From the human T2T-CHM13v2.0 reference genome, Homo sapiens: a DNA stretch of 64,000 nucleotides. Under the pieces are notes generated by a model. That model did no database searches. It was given only the letters and a program-made list of their open reading frames with translations, and had not been told where the DNA came from. This document shows, piece by piece, positions 53,301 through 64,000 of this stretch. The translations under genes were made by a program, and so were the position numbers. Location of the stretch: the NCBI RefSeq assembly GCF_009914755.1, contig NC_060925.1. One strand, written 5' to 3'. How positions within the stretch are numbered: position 1 is the first letter of the stretch; each line of letters begins with the position of its first letter.

Positions 53301-56300
53301 GATGTGTTCGTTCAACTCACAGAGTTTAACCTTTCTGTTCATAGAGCAGTTAGGAAACACTCTGTTTGTAAAGTCTGTAAGTGGATATTCTGATATCTTG
53401 TGGCCTTCGTTGGAAACGGGATTTCTTCATATTCTGCTAGACAGAAGAATTCTCAGTAACTTCCTTGTGTTGTGTGTATTCAACTCACAGAGTTGAACGA
53501 TCCTTTACACAGAGCAGACTTGAAACACTCTTTTTGTGGAATTTGCAAGTGGAGATTTCAGCCGCTTTGAGGTCAATGGTAGAAAAGGAAACTATCTTCA
53601 TATAAAGACTAGACAGAATGATTCTCAGAAAATCTTTTGTGATGTGTGCGTTCAACTCACAGAGTTTAACTTTTCTTCTCATAGAGCAGTTAGGAAACAC
53701 TCTGTTTGTAAAGTCTGCAAGTGGATATTCAGACCTGTTTGAGGCCTTCGTTGGAAACGGGATTTCTTCATATTATGCTAGACAGAATAATTCTCAGTAA
53801 CTTCCTTGTGTTGTGTGTATTCAACTCACAGAGTTGAAGGATCCTTTACAGAGAGCAGGCTTGAAACACTCTTTTTGTCGAATTTGCAAGTGGAGATTTC
53901 AGCCGCTTTGAGGTCAATGGTAGAATAGGAAATATCTTCTTATAGAAACTAGACAAAATGATTCTCATGAACTCCTTTGTGATGTGTGCGTTCAACTCAC
54001 AGAGTTTAACCTTTCTTTTCATAGAGCAGTTAGGAAACACTCTGTTTGTAAAGTCTGCAAGTGGATATTCAGACCTCCTTGAGGCCTTCGTTGGAAACGG
54101 GATTTCTTCATATTCTGCTAGACAGAAGAATTCTCAGTAACTTCCTTGTGTTGTGTGTATTCAACTCACAGAGTTGAACGATCCTTTACACAGAGCAGAC
54201 TTGAAACATTCTTTTTGTGGAATTTGCAAGTGGAGATTTCAGCCGCTTTGAGGTCAATGGTAGAATAGGAAATATCTTCCTATAGAAACTAGACAGAACG
54301 ATTCTCAGAAACTCCTTTGTGATGTGTGCGTTCAACTCACAGAGTTTAACCTTTCTTTTCATAGAGCAGTTAGGAAACACTCTGTTTGTAAAGTCTGCAA
54401 GTGGATATTCAGACCTCTTTGAGGCCTTCGTTGGAAACGGGATTTCTTCCTATTCTGCTAGACAGAAGAATTCTCAGTAACTTCCTTGTGTTGTGTGTAT
54501 TCAACTCACAGAGTTGAACGATCCTTTACACAGAGCAGACTTGAAACACTCTTTTTGTGGAATTTGCAAGTGGAGATTTCAGCCGCTTTGAGGTCAATAG
54601 TAGAAAAGGAAATATCTTCGTAGAAAAACTAGACAGAATGATTCTCAGAAACTCCTTTGTGATGTGTGTGTTCAACTCACAGAGTTTAACCTTTCTTTTC
54701 ATAGAGCAGTTAGTAAACACTCTGTTTATAAAGTCTGCAAGTGGATATTCAGACCCCTTTGAGGCCTTCGTTGGAAACGGGATTTCTTCATATTATGCTA
54801 GACAGAAGAATTCTCAGTAACTTCCTTGTGTTGTGTGTATTCAACTCACAGAGTTGAACTTTCATTTGGAGAGAGCAGATTTGAAACACTGTTTTTGTGG
54901 AATTTGCAAGTGGAGATTTCAAGCGCTTTGGGGCCAAAGGCAGAAAAGGAAATATCTTCGTATAAAAACTAGACAGAATCATTCTCAGAAACTGCTGCGT
55001 GATGTGTGCGTTCAACTCTCAGAGTTTAACTTTTCTTTTCATTCAGCGGTTTGGAAACACTCTGTTTGTAAAGTCTGCACGTGGATATTTTGACCACTTA
55101 GAGGCCTTCGTTGGAAACGGGTTTTTTCATGTAAGGCTAGACAGAAGAGTTCCCAGTAACTTCCTTGTGTTGTGTGCATTCAACTCACAGAGTTGAACGT
55201 TCCCTTAGACAGAGCAGATTTGAAACACTCTATTTGTGCAATTTGCAAGTGTAGATTTCAAGCGCTTTAAGGTCAACGGCAGAAAAGGAAATATCTTCGT
55301 TTCAAAACTAGACAGAATCATTCCCACAAACTGCGTTGTGATGTGTTCGTTCAACTCACAGAGTTTAACCTTTCTGTTCATAGAGCAGTTAGGAAACACT
55401 CTGTTTGTAAAGTCTGTAAGTGGATATTCTGATATCTTGTGGCCTTCGTTGGAAACGGGATTTCTTCATATTCTGCTAGACAGAAGAATTCTCAGTAACT
55501 TCCTTGTGTTGTGTGTATTCAACTCACAGAGTTGAACGATCCTTTACACAGAGCAGACTTGAAACACTCTTTTTGTGGAATTTGCAAGTGGAGATTTCAG
55601 CCGCTTTGAGGTCAATGGTAGAAAAGGAAACTATCTTCATATAAAGACTAGACAGAATGATTCTCAGAAAATCTTTTGTGATGTGTGCGTTCAACTCACA
55701 GAGTTTAACTTTTCTTCTCATAGAGCAGTTAGGAAACACTCTGTTTGTAAAGTCTGCAAGTGGATATTCAGACCTGTTTGAGGCCTTCGTTGGAAACGGG
55801 ATTTCTTCATATTATGCTAGACAGAATAATTCTCAGTAACTTCCTTGTGTTGTGTGTATTCAACTCACAGAGTTGAAGGATCCTTTACAGAGAGCAGGCT
55901 TGAAACACTCTTTTTGTCGAATTTGCAAGTGGAGATTTCAGCCGCTTTGAGGTCAATGGTAGAATAGGAAATATCTTCTTATAGAAACTAGACAAAATGA
56001 TTCTCATGAACTCCTTTGTGATGTGTGCGTTCAACTCACAGAGTTTAACCTTTCTTTTCATAGAGCAGTTAGGAAACACTCTGTTTGTAAAGTCTGCAAG
56101 TGGATATTCAGACCTCCTTGAGGCCTTCGTTGGAAACGGGATTTCTTCATATTCTGCTAGACAGAAGAATTCTCAGTAACTTCCTTGTGTTGTGTGTATT
56201 CAACTCACAGAGTTGAACGATCCTTTACACAGAGCAGACTTGAAACACTCTTTTTGTGGAATTTGCAAGTGGAGATTTCAGCCGCTTTGAGGTCAATAGT

Positions 56301-59300
56301 AGAAAAGGAAATATCTTCGTAGAAAAACTAGACAGAATGATTCTCAGAAACTCCTTTGTGATGTGTGTGTTCAACTCACAGAGTTTAACCTTTCTTTTCA
56401 TAGAGCAGTTAGTAAACACTCTGTTTATAAAGTCTGCAAGTGGATATTCAGACCCCTTTGAGGCCTTCGTTGGAAACGGGATTTCTTCATATTATGCTAG
56501 ACAGAAGAATTCTCAGTAACTTCCTTGTGTTGTGTGTATTCAACTGACAGAGTTGAACTTTCATTTGGAGAGAGCAGATTTGAAACACTGTTTTTGTGGA
56601 ATTTGCAAGTGGAGATTTCAAGCGCTTTGGGGCCAAAGGCAGAAAAGGAAATATCTTCGTATAAAAACTAGACAGAATCATTCTCAGAAACTGCTGCGTG
56701 ATGTGTGCGTTCAACTCTCAGAGTTTAACTTTTCTTTTCATTCAGCGGTTTGGAAACACTCTGTTTGTAAAGTCTGCACGTGGATATTTTGACCACTTAG
56801 AGGCCTTCGTTGGAAACGGGTTTTTTTCATGTAAGGCTAGACAGAAGAATTCCCAGTAACTTCCTTGTGTTGTGTGCATTCAACTCACAGAGTTGAACGT
56901 TCCCTTAGACAGAGCAGATTTGAAACACTCTATTTGTGCAATTTGCAAGTGTAGATTTCAAGCGCTTTAAGGTCAACGGCAGAAAAGGAAATATCTTCGT
57001 TTCAAAACTAGACAGAATCATTCCCACAAACTGCGTTGTGATGTGTACGTTCAACTCACAGAGTTTAACCTTTCTGTTCATAGAGCAGTTAGGAAACACT
57101 CTGTTTGTAAAGTCTGTAAGTGGATATTCTGACATCTTGTGGCCTTCGTTGGAAACGGGATTTCTTCATATTCTGCTAGACAGAAGAATTCTCAGTAACT
57201 TCCTTGTGTTGTGTGTATTCAACTCACAGAGTTGAAGGATCCTTTACAGAGAGGAGGCTTGAAACCCTCTTTTTGTCGAATTTGCAAGTGGAGATTTCAG
57301 CCGCTTTGAGGTCAATGGTAGAATAGGAAATTTCTTCTTATAGAAACTAGACAAAATGATTCTCATGAACTCCTTTGTGATGTGTGCGTTCAACTCACAG
57401 AGTTTAACCTTTCTTTTCATAGAGCAGTTAGGAAACACTCTGTTTGTAAAGTCTGCAAGTGGATATTCAGACCCCTTTGAGGCCTTCGTTGGAAACGGGA
57501 TTTCTTCATATTCTGCTAGACAGAAGAATTCTCAGTAACTTCCTTGTGTTGTGTTTATTCAACTCACAGAGTTGAATGATCCTTTACACAGAGCAGACTT
57601 GAAACACTCTTTTTGTGGAATTTGCAAGTGGAGATTTCAGCCGCTTTGAGGTCAATGGTAGAAAAGTAAATATCTTCGTATAAAGACTAGACAGAATGAT
57701 TCTCAGAAACTCCTATGTGATGTGTGCGTTCAACTCACAGAGTTTAACCTTTCTGTTCATAGAGCAGTTAGGAAACACTCTGTTTGTAAAGTCTGCAAGT
57801 GGATATTCAGACCTCCTTGAGGCCTTCTTTGGAAACGGGGTTTCTTCATATTCTGCTAGACAGAAGAATTCTCAGTAACTTCCTTGTGTTGTGTGTATTC
57901 AACTCACAGAGTTGAACGATCCTTTACACAGAGCAGACTTGAAACACTCTTTTTGTGGAATTTGCAAGTGGAGATTTCAGCCGCTTTGAGGTCAATGGTA
58001 GAAAAGGAAATATCTTCGTATAAAGACTAGACAGAACGATTCTCAGAAACTCCTTTGTGATGTGTGCGTTCAACTCACAGAGTTTAACTTTTCTTTTCAT
58101 AGAGCAGTTAGTAAACACTCTGTATATAAAGTCTGCAAGTGGATATTCAGACCCCTTTGAGGCCTTCGTTGGAAACGGGATTTCTTCATATTATGCTAGA
58201 CAGAAGAATTCTCAGTAACTTCCTTGTGTTGTGTGTATTCAACTGACAGAGTTGAACTTTCATTTAGAGAGAGCAGATTTGAAACACTGTTTTTGTGGAA
58301 TTTGTAAGTGGAGATTTCAAGCGCTTTGGGGCCAAAGGCAGAAAAGGAAATATCTTCGTATAAAAACTAGACAGAATCATTCTCAGAAACTGCTGCGTGA
58401 TGTGTGCATTCAACTCTCAGAGTTTAACTTTTCTTTTCATTCAGCGGTTTGGAAACACTATGTTTGTAAAGTCTGCACGTGGATATTTTGACCACTTAGA
58501 GGCCTTCGTTGGAAACGGGATTTTTTCATGTAAGGCTAGACAGAAGAATTCCCAGTAACTTCCTTGTGTTGTGTGCATTCAACTCACAGAGTTGAACGTT
58601 CCCTTAGACAGAGCAGATTTGAAACACTCTATTTGTGCAATTTCCAAGTGTAGATTTCAAGCGCTTTAAGGTCAACGGCAGAAAAGGAAATATCTTCGTT
58701 TCAAAACTAGACAGAATCATTCCCACAAACTGCGTTGTGATGTGTTCGTTCAACTCACAGAGTTTAACCTTTCTTTTCATAGAGCAGTTAGGAAACACTC
58801 TCTTTGTAAAGTCTGTAAGTGGATATTCTGATATCTTGTGGCCTTCGTTGGAAACGGGATTTCTTCATATTATGCTAGACAGAAGAATTCTCAGTAACTT
58901 CCTTGTGTTGTGTGTATTCAACTCACAGAGTTGAACGATCCTTTACACAGAGCAGACTTGAAACACTCTTTTTGTGGAATTTGCAAGTGGAGATTTCAGC
59001 CGCTTTGAGGTCAATGGTAGAAAAGGAAACTATCTTCATATAAAGACTAGACAGAATGATTCTCAGAAAATCTTTTGTGATGTGTGCGTTCAACTCACAG
59101 AGTTTAACTTTTCTTCTCATAGAGCAGTTAGGAAACACTCTGTTTGTAAAGTCTGCAAGTGGATATTCAGACCTGTTTGAGGCCTTCGTTGGAAACGGGA
59201 TTTCTTCATATTATGCTAGACAGAATAATTCTCAGTAACTTCCTTGTGTTGTGTGTATTCAACTCACAGAGTTGAAGGATCCTTTACAGAGAGCAGGCTT

Positions 59301-62300
59301 GAAACACTCTTTTTGTCGAATTTGCAAGTGGAGATTTCAGCCGCTTTGAGGTCAATGGTAGAATAGGAAATATCTTCTTATAGAAACTAGACAAAATGAT
59401 TCTCATGAACTCCTTTGTGATGTGTGCGTTCAACTCACAGAGTTTAACCTTTCTTTTCATAGAGCAGTTAGGAAACACTCTGTTTGTAAAGTCTGCAAGT
59501 GGATATTCAGACCTCCTTGAGGCCTTCGTTGGAAACGGGATTTCTTCATATTCTGCTAGACAGAAGAATTCTCAGTAACTTCCTTGTGTTGTGTGTATTC
59601 AACTCACAGAGTTGAACGATCCTTTACACAGAGCAGACTTGAAACATTCTTTTTGTGGAATTTGCAAGTGGAGATTTCAGCCGCTTTGAGGTCAATGGTA
59701 GAATAGGAAATATCTTCCTATAGAAACTAGACAGAACGATTCTCAGAAACTCCTTTGTGATGTGTGCGTTCAACTCACAGAGTTTAACCTTTCTTTTCAT
59801 AGAGCAGTTAGGAAACACTCTGTTTGTAAAGTCTGCAAGTGGATATTGAGACCTCTTTGAGGCCTTCGTTGGAAACGGGATTTCTTCCTATTCTGCTAGA
59901 CAGAAGAATTCTCAGTAACTTCCTTGTGTTGTGTGTATTCAACTCACAGAGTTGAACTTTCATTTGGAGAGAGCAGATTTGAAACACTGTTTTTGTGGAA
60001 TTTGCAAGTGGAGATTTCAAGCGCTTTGGGGCCAAAGGCAGAAAAGGAAATATCTTCGTATAAAAACTAGACAGAATCATTCTCAGAAACTGCTGCGTGA
60101 TGTGTGCGTTCAACTCTCAGAGTTTAACTTTTCTTTTCATTCAGCGGTTTGGAAACACTCTGTTTGTAAAGTCTGCACGTGGATATTTTGACCACTTAGA
60201 GGCCTTCGTTGGAAACGGGTTTTTTTCATGTAAGGCTAGACAGAAGAATTCCCAGTAACTTCCTTGTGTTGTGTGCATTCAACTCACAGAGTTGAACGTT
60301 CCCTTAGACAGAGCAGATTTGAAACACTCTATTTGTGCAATTTGCAAGTGTAGATTTCAAGCGCTTTAAGGTCAACGGCAGAAAAGGAAATATCTTCGTT
60401 TCAAAACTAGACAGAATCATTCCCACAAACTGCGTTGTGATGTGTACGTTCAACTCACAGAGTTTAACCTTTCTGTTCATAGAGCAGTTAGGAAACACTC
60501 TGTTTATAAAGTCTGTAAGTGGATATTCTGACATCTTGTGGCCTTCGTTGGAAACGGGATTTCTTCATATTCTGCTAGACAGAAGAATTCTCAGTAACTT
60601 CCTTGTGTTGTGTGTATTCAACTCACAGAGTTGAAGGATCCTTTACAGAGAGGAGGCTTGAAACCCTCTTTTTGTCGAATTTGCAAGTGGAGATTTCAGC
60701 CGCTTTGAGGTCAATGGTAGAATAGGAAATTTCTTCTTATAGAAACTAGACAAAATGATTCTCATGAACTCCTTTGTGATGTGTGCGTTCAACTCACAGA
60801 GTTTAACCTTTCTTTTCATAGAGCAGTTAGGAAACACTCTGTTTGTAAAGTCTGCAAGTGGATATTCAGACCCCTTTGAGGCCTTCGTTGGAAACGGGAT
60901 TTCTTCATATTCTGCTAGACAGAAGAATTCTCAGTAACTTCCTTGTGTTGTGTTTATTCAACTCACAGAGTTGAATGATCCTTTACACAGAGCAGACTTG
61001 AAACACTCTTTTTGTGGAATTTGCAAGTGGAGATTTCAGCCGCTTTCAGGTCAACGGTAGAAAAGTAAATATCTTCGTATAAAGACTAGACAGAATGATT
61101 CTCAGAAACTCCTTTGTGATGTGTGCGTTCAACTCACAGAGTTTAACCTTTCTGTTCATAGAGCAGTTAGGAAACACTCTGTTTGTAAAGTCTGCAAGTG
61201 GATATTCAGACCTCTTTGAGGCCTTCGTTGGAAACGGGATTTCTTCATATTCTGCTAGACAGAAGAATTCTCAGTAACTTCCTTGTGTTGTGTGTATTCA
61301 ACTCACAGAGTTGAACGATCCTTTACACAGAGCAGACTTGAAACACTCTTTTTGTGGAATTTGCAAGAGGAGATTTCAGCCGCTTTGAGGTCAATAGTAG
61401 AAAAGGAAATATCTTCGTAGAAAAACTAGACAGAATGATTCTCAGAAACTCCTTTGTGATGTGTGTGTTCAACTCACAGAGTTTAACCTTTCTTTTCATA
61501 GAGCAGTTAGTAAACACTCTGTTTATAAAGTCTGCAAGTGGATATTCAGACCCCTTTGAGGCCTTCGTTGGAAACGGGATTTCTTCATATTATGCTAGAC
61601 AGAAGAATTCTCAGTAACTTCCTTGTGTTGTGTGTATTCAACTGACAGAGTTGAACTTTCATTTGGAGAGAGCAGATTTGAAACACTGTTTTTGTGGAAT
61701 TTGCAAGTGGAGATTTCAAGCGCTTTGGGGCCAAAGGCAGAAAAGGAAATATCTTCGTATAAAAACTAGACAGAATCATTCTCAGAAACTGCTGCGTGAT
61801 GTGTGCGTTCAACTCTCAGAGTTTAACCTTTCTTTTCATTCAGCGGTTTGGAAACACTCTGTTTGTAAAGTCTGCACGTGGATATTTTGACCACTTAGAG
61901 GCCTTCGTTGGAAACGGGTTTTTTTCATGTAAGGCTAGACAGAAGAATTCCCAGTAACTTCCTTGTGTTGTGTGCATTCAACTCACAGAGTTGAACGTTC
62001 CCTTAGACAGAGCAGATTTGAAACACTCTATTTGTGCAATTTGCAAGTGTAGATTTCAAGCGCTTTAAGGTCAACGGCAGAAAAGGAAATATCTTCGTTT
62101 CAAAACTAGACAGAATCATTCCCACAAACTGCGTTGTGATGTGTTCGTTCAACTCACAGAGTTTAACCTTTCTGTTCATAGAGCAGTTAGGAAACACTCT
62201 GTTTGTAAAGTCTGTAAGTGGATATTCTGATATCTTGTGGCCTTCGTTGGAAACGGGATTTCTTCATATTCTGCTAGACAGAAGAATTCTCAGTAACTTC

Positions 62301-64000
62301 CTTGTGTTGTGTGTATTCAACTCACAGAGTTGAACGATCCTTTACACAGAGCAGACTTGAAACACTCTTTTTGTGGAATTTGCAAGTGGAGATTTCAGCC
62401 GCTTTGAGGTCAATGGTAGAAAAGGAAACTATCTTCATATAAAGACTAGACAGAATGATTCTCAGAAAATCTTTTGTGATGTGTGCGTTCAACTCACAGA
62501 GTTTAACTTTTCTTCTCATAGAGCAGTTAGGAAACACTCTGTTTGTAAAGTCTGCAAGTGGATATTCAGACCTGTTTGAGGCCTTCGTTGGAAACGGGAT
62601 TTCTTCATATTATGCTAGACAGAATAATTCTCAGTAACTTCCTTGTGTTGTGTGTATTCAACTCACAGAGTTGAAGGATCCTTTACAGAGAGCAGGCTTG
62701 AAACACTCTTTTTGTCGAATTTGCAAGTGGAGATTTCAGCCGCTTTGAGGTCAATGGTAGAATAGGAAATATCTTCTTATAGAAACTAGACAAAATGATT
62801 CTCATGAACTCCTTTGTGATGTGTGCGTTCAACTCACAGAGTTTAACCTTTCTTTTCATAGAGCAGTTAGGAAACACTCTGTTTGTAAAGTCTGCAAGTG
62901 GATATTCAGACCTCCTTGAGGCCTTCGTTGGAAACGGGATTTCTTCATATTCTGCTAGACAGAAGAATTCTCAGTAACTTCCTTGTGTTGTGTGTATTCA
63001 ACTCACAGAGTTGAACGATCCTTTACACAGAGCAGACTTGAAACATTCTTTTTGTGGAATTTGCAAGTGGAGATTTCAGCCGCTTTGAGGTCAATGGTAG
63101 AATAGGAAATATCTTCCTATAGAAACTAGACAGAACGATTCTCAGAAACTCCTTTGTGATGTGTGCGTTCAACTCACAGAGTTTAACCTTTCTTTTCATA
63201 GAGCAGTTAGGAAACACTCTGTTTGTAAAGTCTGCAAGTGGATATTCAGACCTCTTTGAGGCCTTCGTTGGAAACGGGATTTCTTCCTATTCTGCTAGAC
63301 AGAAGAATTCTCAGTAACTTCCTTGTGTTGTGTGTATTCAACTCACAGAGTTGAACGATCCTTTACACAGAGCAGACTTGAAACACTCTTTTTGTGGAAT
63401 TTGCAAGTGGAGATTTCAGCCGCTTTGAGGTCAATAGTAGAAAAGGAAATATCTTCGTAGAAAAACTAGACAGAATGATTCTCAGAAACTCCTTTGTGAT
63501 GTGTGTGTTCAACTCACAGAGTTTAACCTTTCTTTTCATAGAGCAGTTAGTAAACACTCTGTTTATAAAGTCTGCAAGTGGATATTCAGACCCCTTTGAG
63601 GCCTTCGTTGGAAACGGGATTTCTTCATATTATGCTAGACAGAAGAATTCTCAGTAACTTCCTTGTGTTGTGTGTATTCAACTCACAGAGTTGAACTTTC
63701 ATTTGGAGAGAGCAGATTTGAAACACTGTTTTTGTGGAATTTGCAAGTGGAGATTTCAAGCGCTTTGGGGCCAAAGGCAGAAAAGGAAATATCTTCGTAT
63801 AAAAACTAGACAGAATCATTCTCAGAAACTGCTGCGTGATGTGTGCGTTCAACTCTCAGAGTTTAACTTTTCTTTTCATTCAGCGGTTTGGAAACACTCT
63901 GTTTGTAAAGTCTGCACGTGGATATTTTGACCACTTAGAGGCCTTCGTTGGAAACGGGTTTTTTCATGTAAGGCTAGACAGAAGAGTTCCCAGTAACTTC
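50347..64000 (+). repeat. Segment of mainly D-E-F-containing 5-6-dimer units, with an 8837-bp-offset duplication
   Basis: Order G D E F B C D E F A B G D E F A B D E F B C D E F A B G E F B C D E F A B G D E. ORFs 51467..54833 recur at +8837. Confidence 0.8.
57824..57840 (+). promoter_or_regulatory. Mutated CENP-B box (G>T at core position 5, loses first CpG)
   Basis: Reads CTTCTTTGGAAACGGGG, with T at 57828 in place of G and G at 57840 in place of A. Confidence 0.85.

Larger units (their letters stand above)
1..64000 (+). repeat. Alpha-satellite centromeric array, SF1 dimeric type (J1/J2), ~188 dimers of ~340 bp; probably the chr1/5/19 active array (D1Z7/D5Z2/D19Z3)
   Basis: Continuous head-to-tail ~170-bp monomers with alphoid motifs (TTCAACTCACAGAG, GAAACACTCT, CTAGACAGAA). 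CENP-B boxes recur at 15, 356, 696, 1036, 1376, 1716, 2055, and so on. An EcoRI site (57..62) recurs in most dimers, matching the classic 340-bp EcoRI alphoid dimer. Family assignment is from recalled consensus, not a database search. Confidence 0.97.

Noticed and set aside
95-63930. Hundreds of 60-108 aa ORFs on both strands (e.g. MFPNCSMKRKVKLCELNAH..., MILRNSFVMCAFNSQS...)
   Set aside because: They are overlapping translations of the same 340-bp repeat in several frames, many starting at GTG/TTG. They appear and vanish with single-base variants and contain no recognisable domain, so they are not genes.
1-64000. CRISPR-like or diversity-generating repeat/cassette system
   Set aside because: There are no unique spacers, and no cas, reverse transcriptase or recombinase gene. 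The sequence between the conserved motifs is itself repeated alphoid DNA.
1-64000. Transposon insertion (L1/Alu), inversion or non-satellite island
   Set aside because: The ~340-bp periodicity and ORF-strand pattern continue without a break. I saw no poly-A tail, target-site duplication or reverse-orientation CENP-B box.
1-64000. Assignment to one specific chromosome (1, 5 or 19)
   Set aside because: These chromosomes share the array family. Distinguishing them needs alignment to T2T assemblies, which I cannot run.

Overview
The whole 64 kb window is one uninterrupted, single-orientation array of primate (most likely human) centromeric alpha-satellite DNA. It is built from ~340-bp dimers (169 + 171 bp monomers). 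One monomer of each dimer carries a CENP-B box (CTTCGTTGGAAACGGGA) and the other a pJalpha-type box, which is the suprachromosomal family 1 (J1/J2) organisation. It most resembles the active array shared by chromosomes 1/5/19 (D1Z7/D5Z2/D19Z3); I cannot pick the chromosome. I see no genes, RNA genes, transposons or CRISPR arrays, the ORF track is incidental translation of the repeat, and I find no evidence of a new gene system. What can be read is the array's recent history. I distinguish seven dimer variants (my labels): A = 341 bp, GGAAACTATC; B = GAAGGATCC/TGTCGAA; C = CAACGGTAGAAAAGTAAA; D = CAATAGTAG/TAGTAAAC; E = CTTTCATTT/GGGGCCAAAGGC; F = 339 bp, GTTCCCTTAGA/ATTCCCACA; G = AAACATTC/CCTATAG. 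These assemble into ~7.14-kb super-units in the order X Y Z X X Y Y Z'..., with nested duplications, hybrid dimers with mappable breakpoints, and two more diverged single-copy patches that hold the only two damaged CENP-B boxes I found. All mapping was by eye using the ORF track as a variant barcode, so boundaries are approximate.
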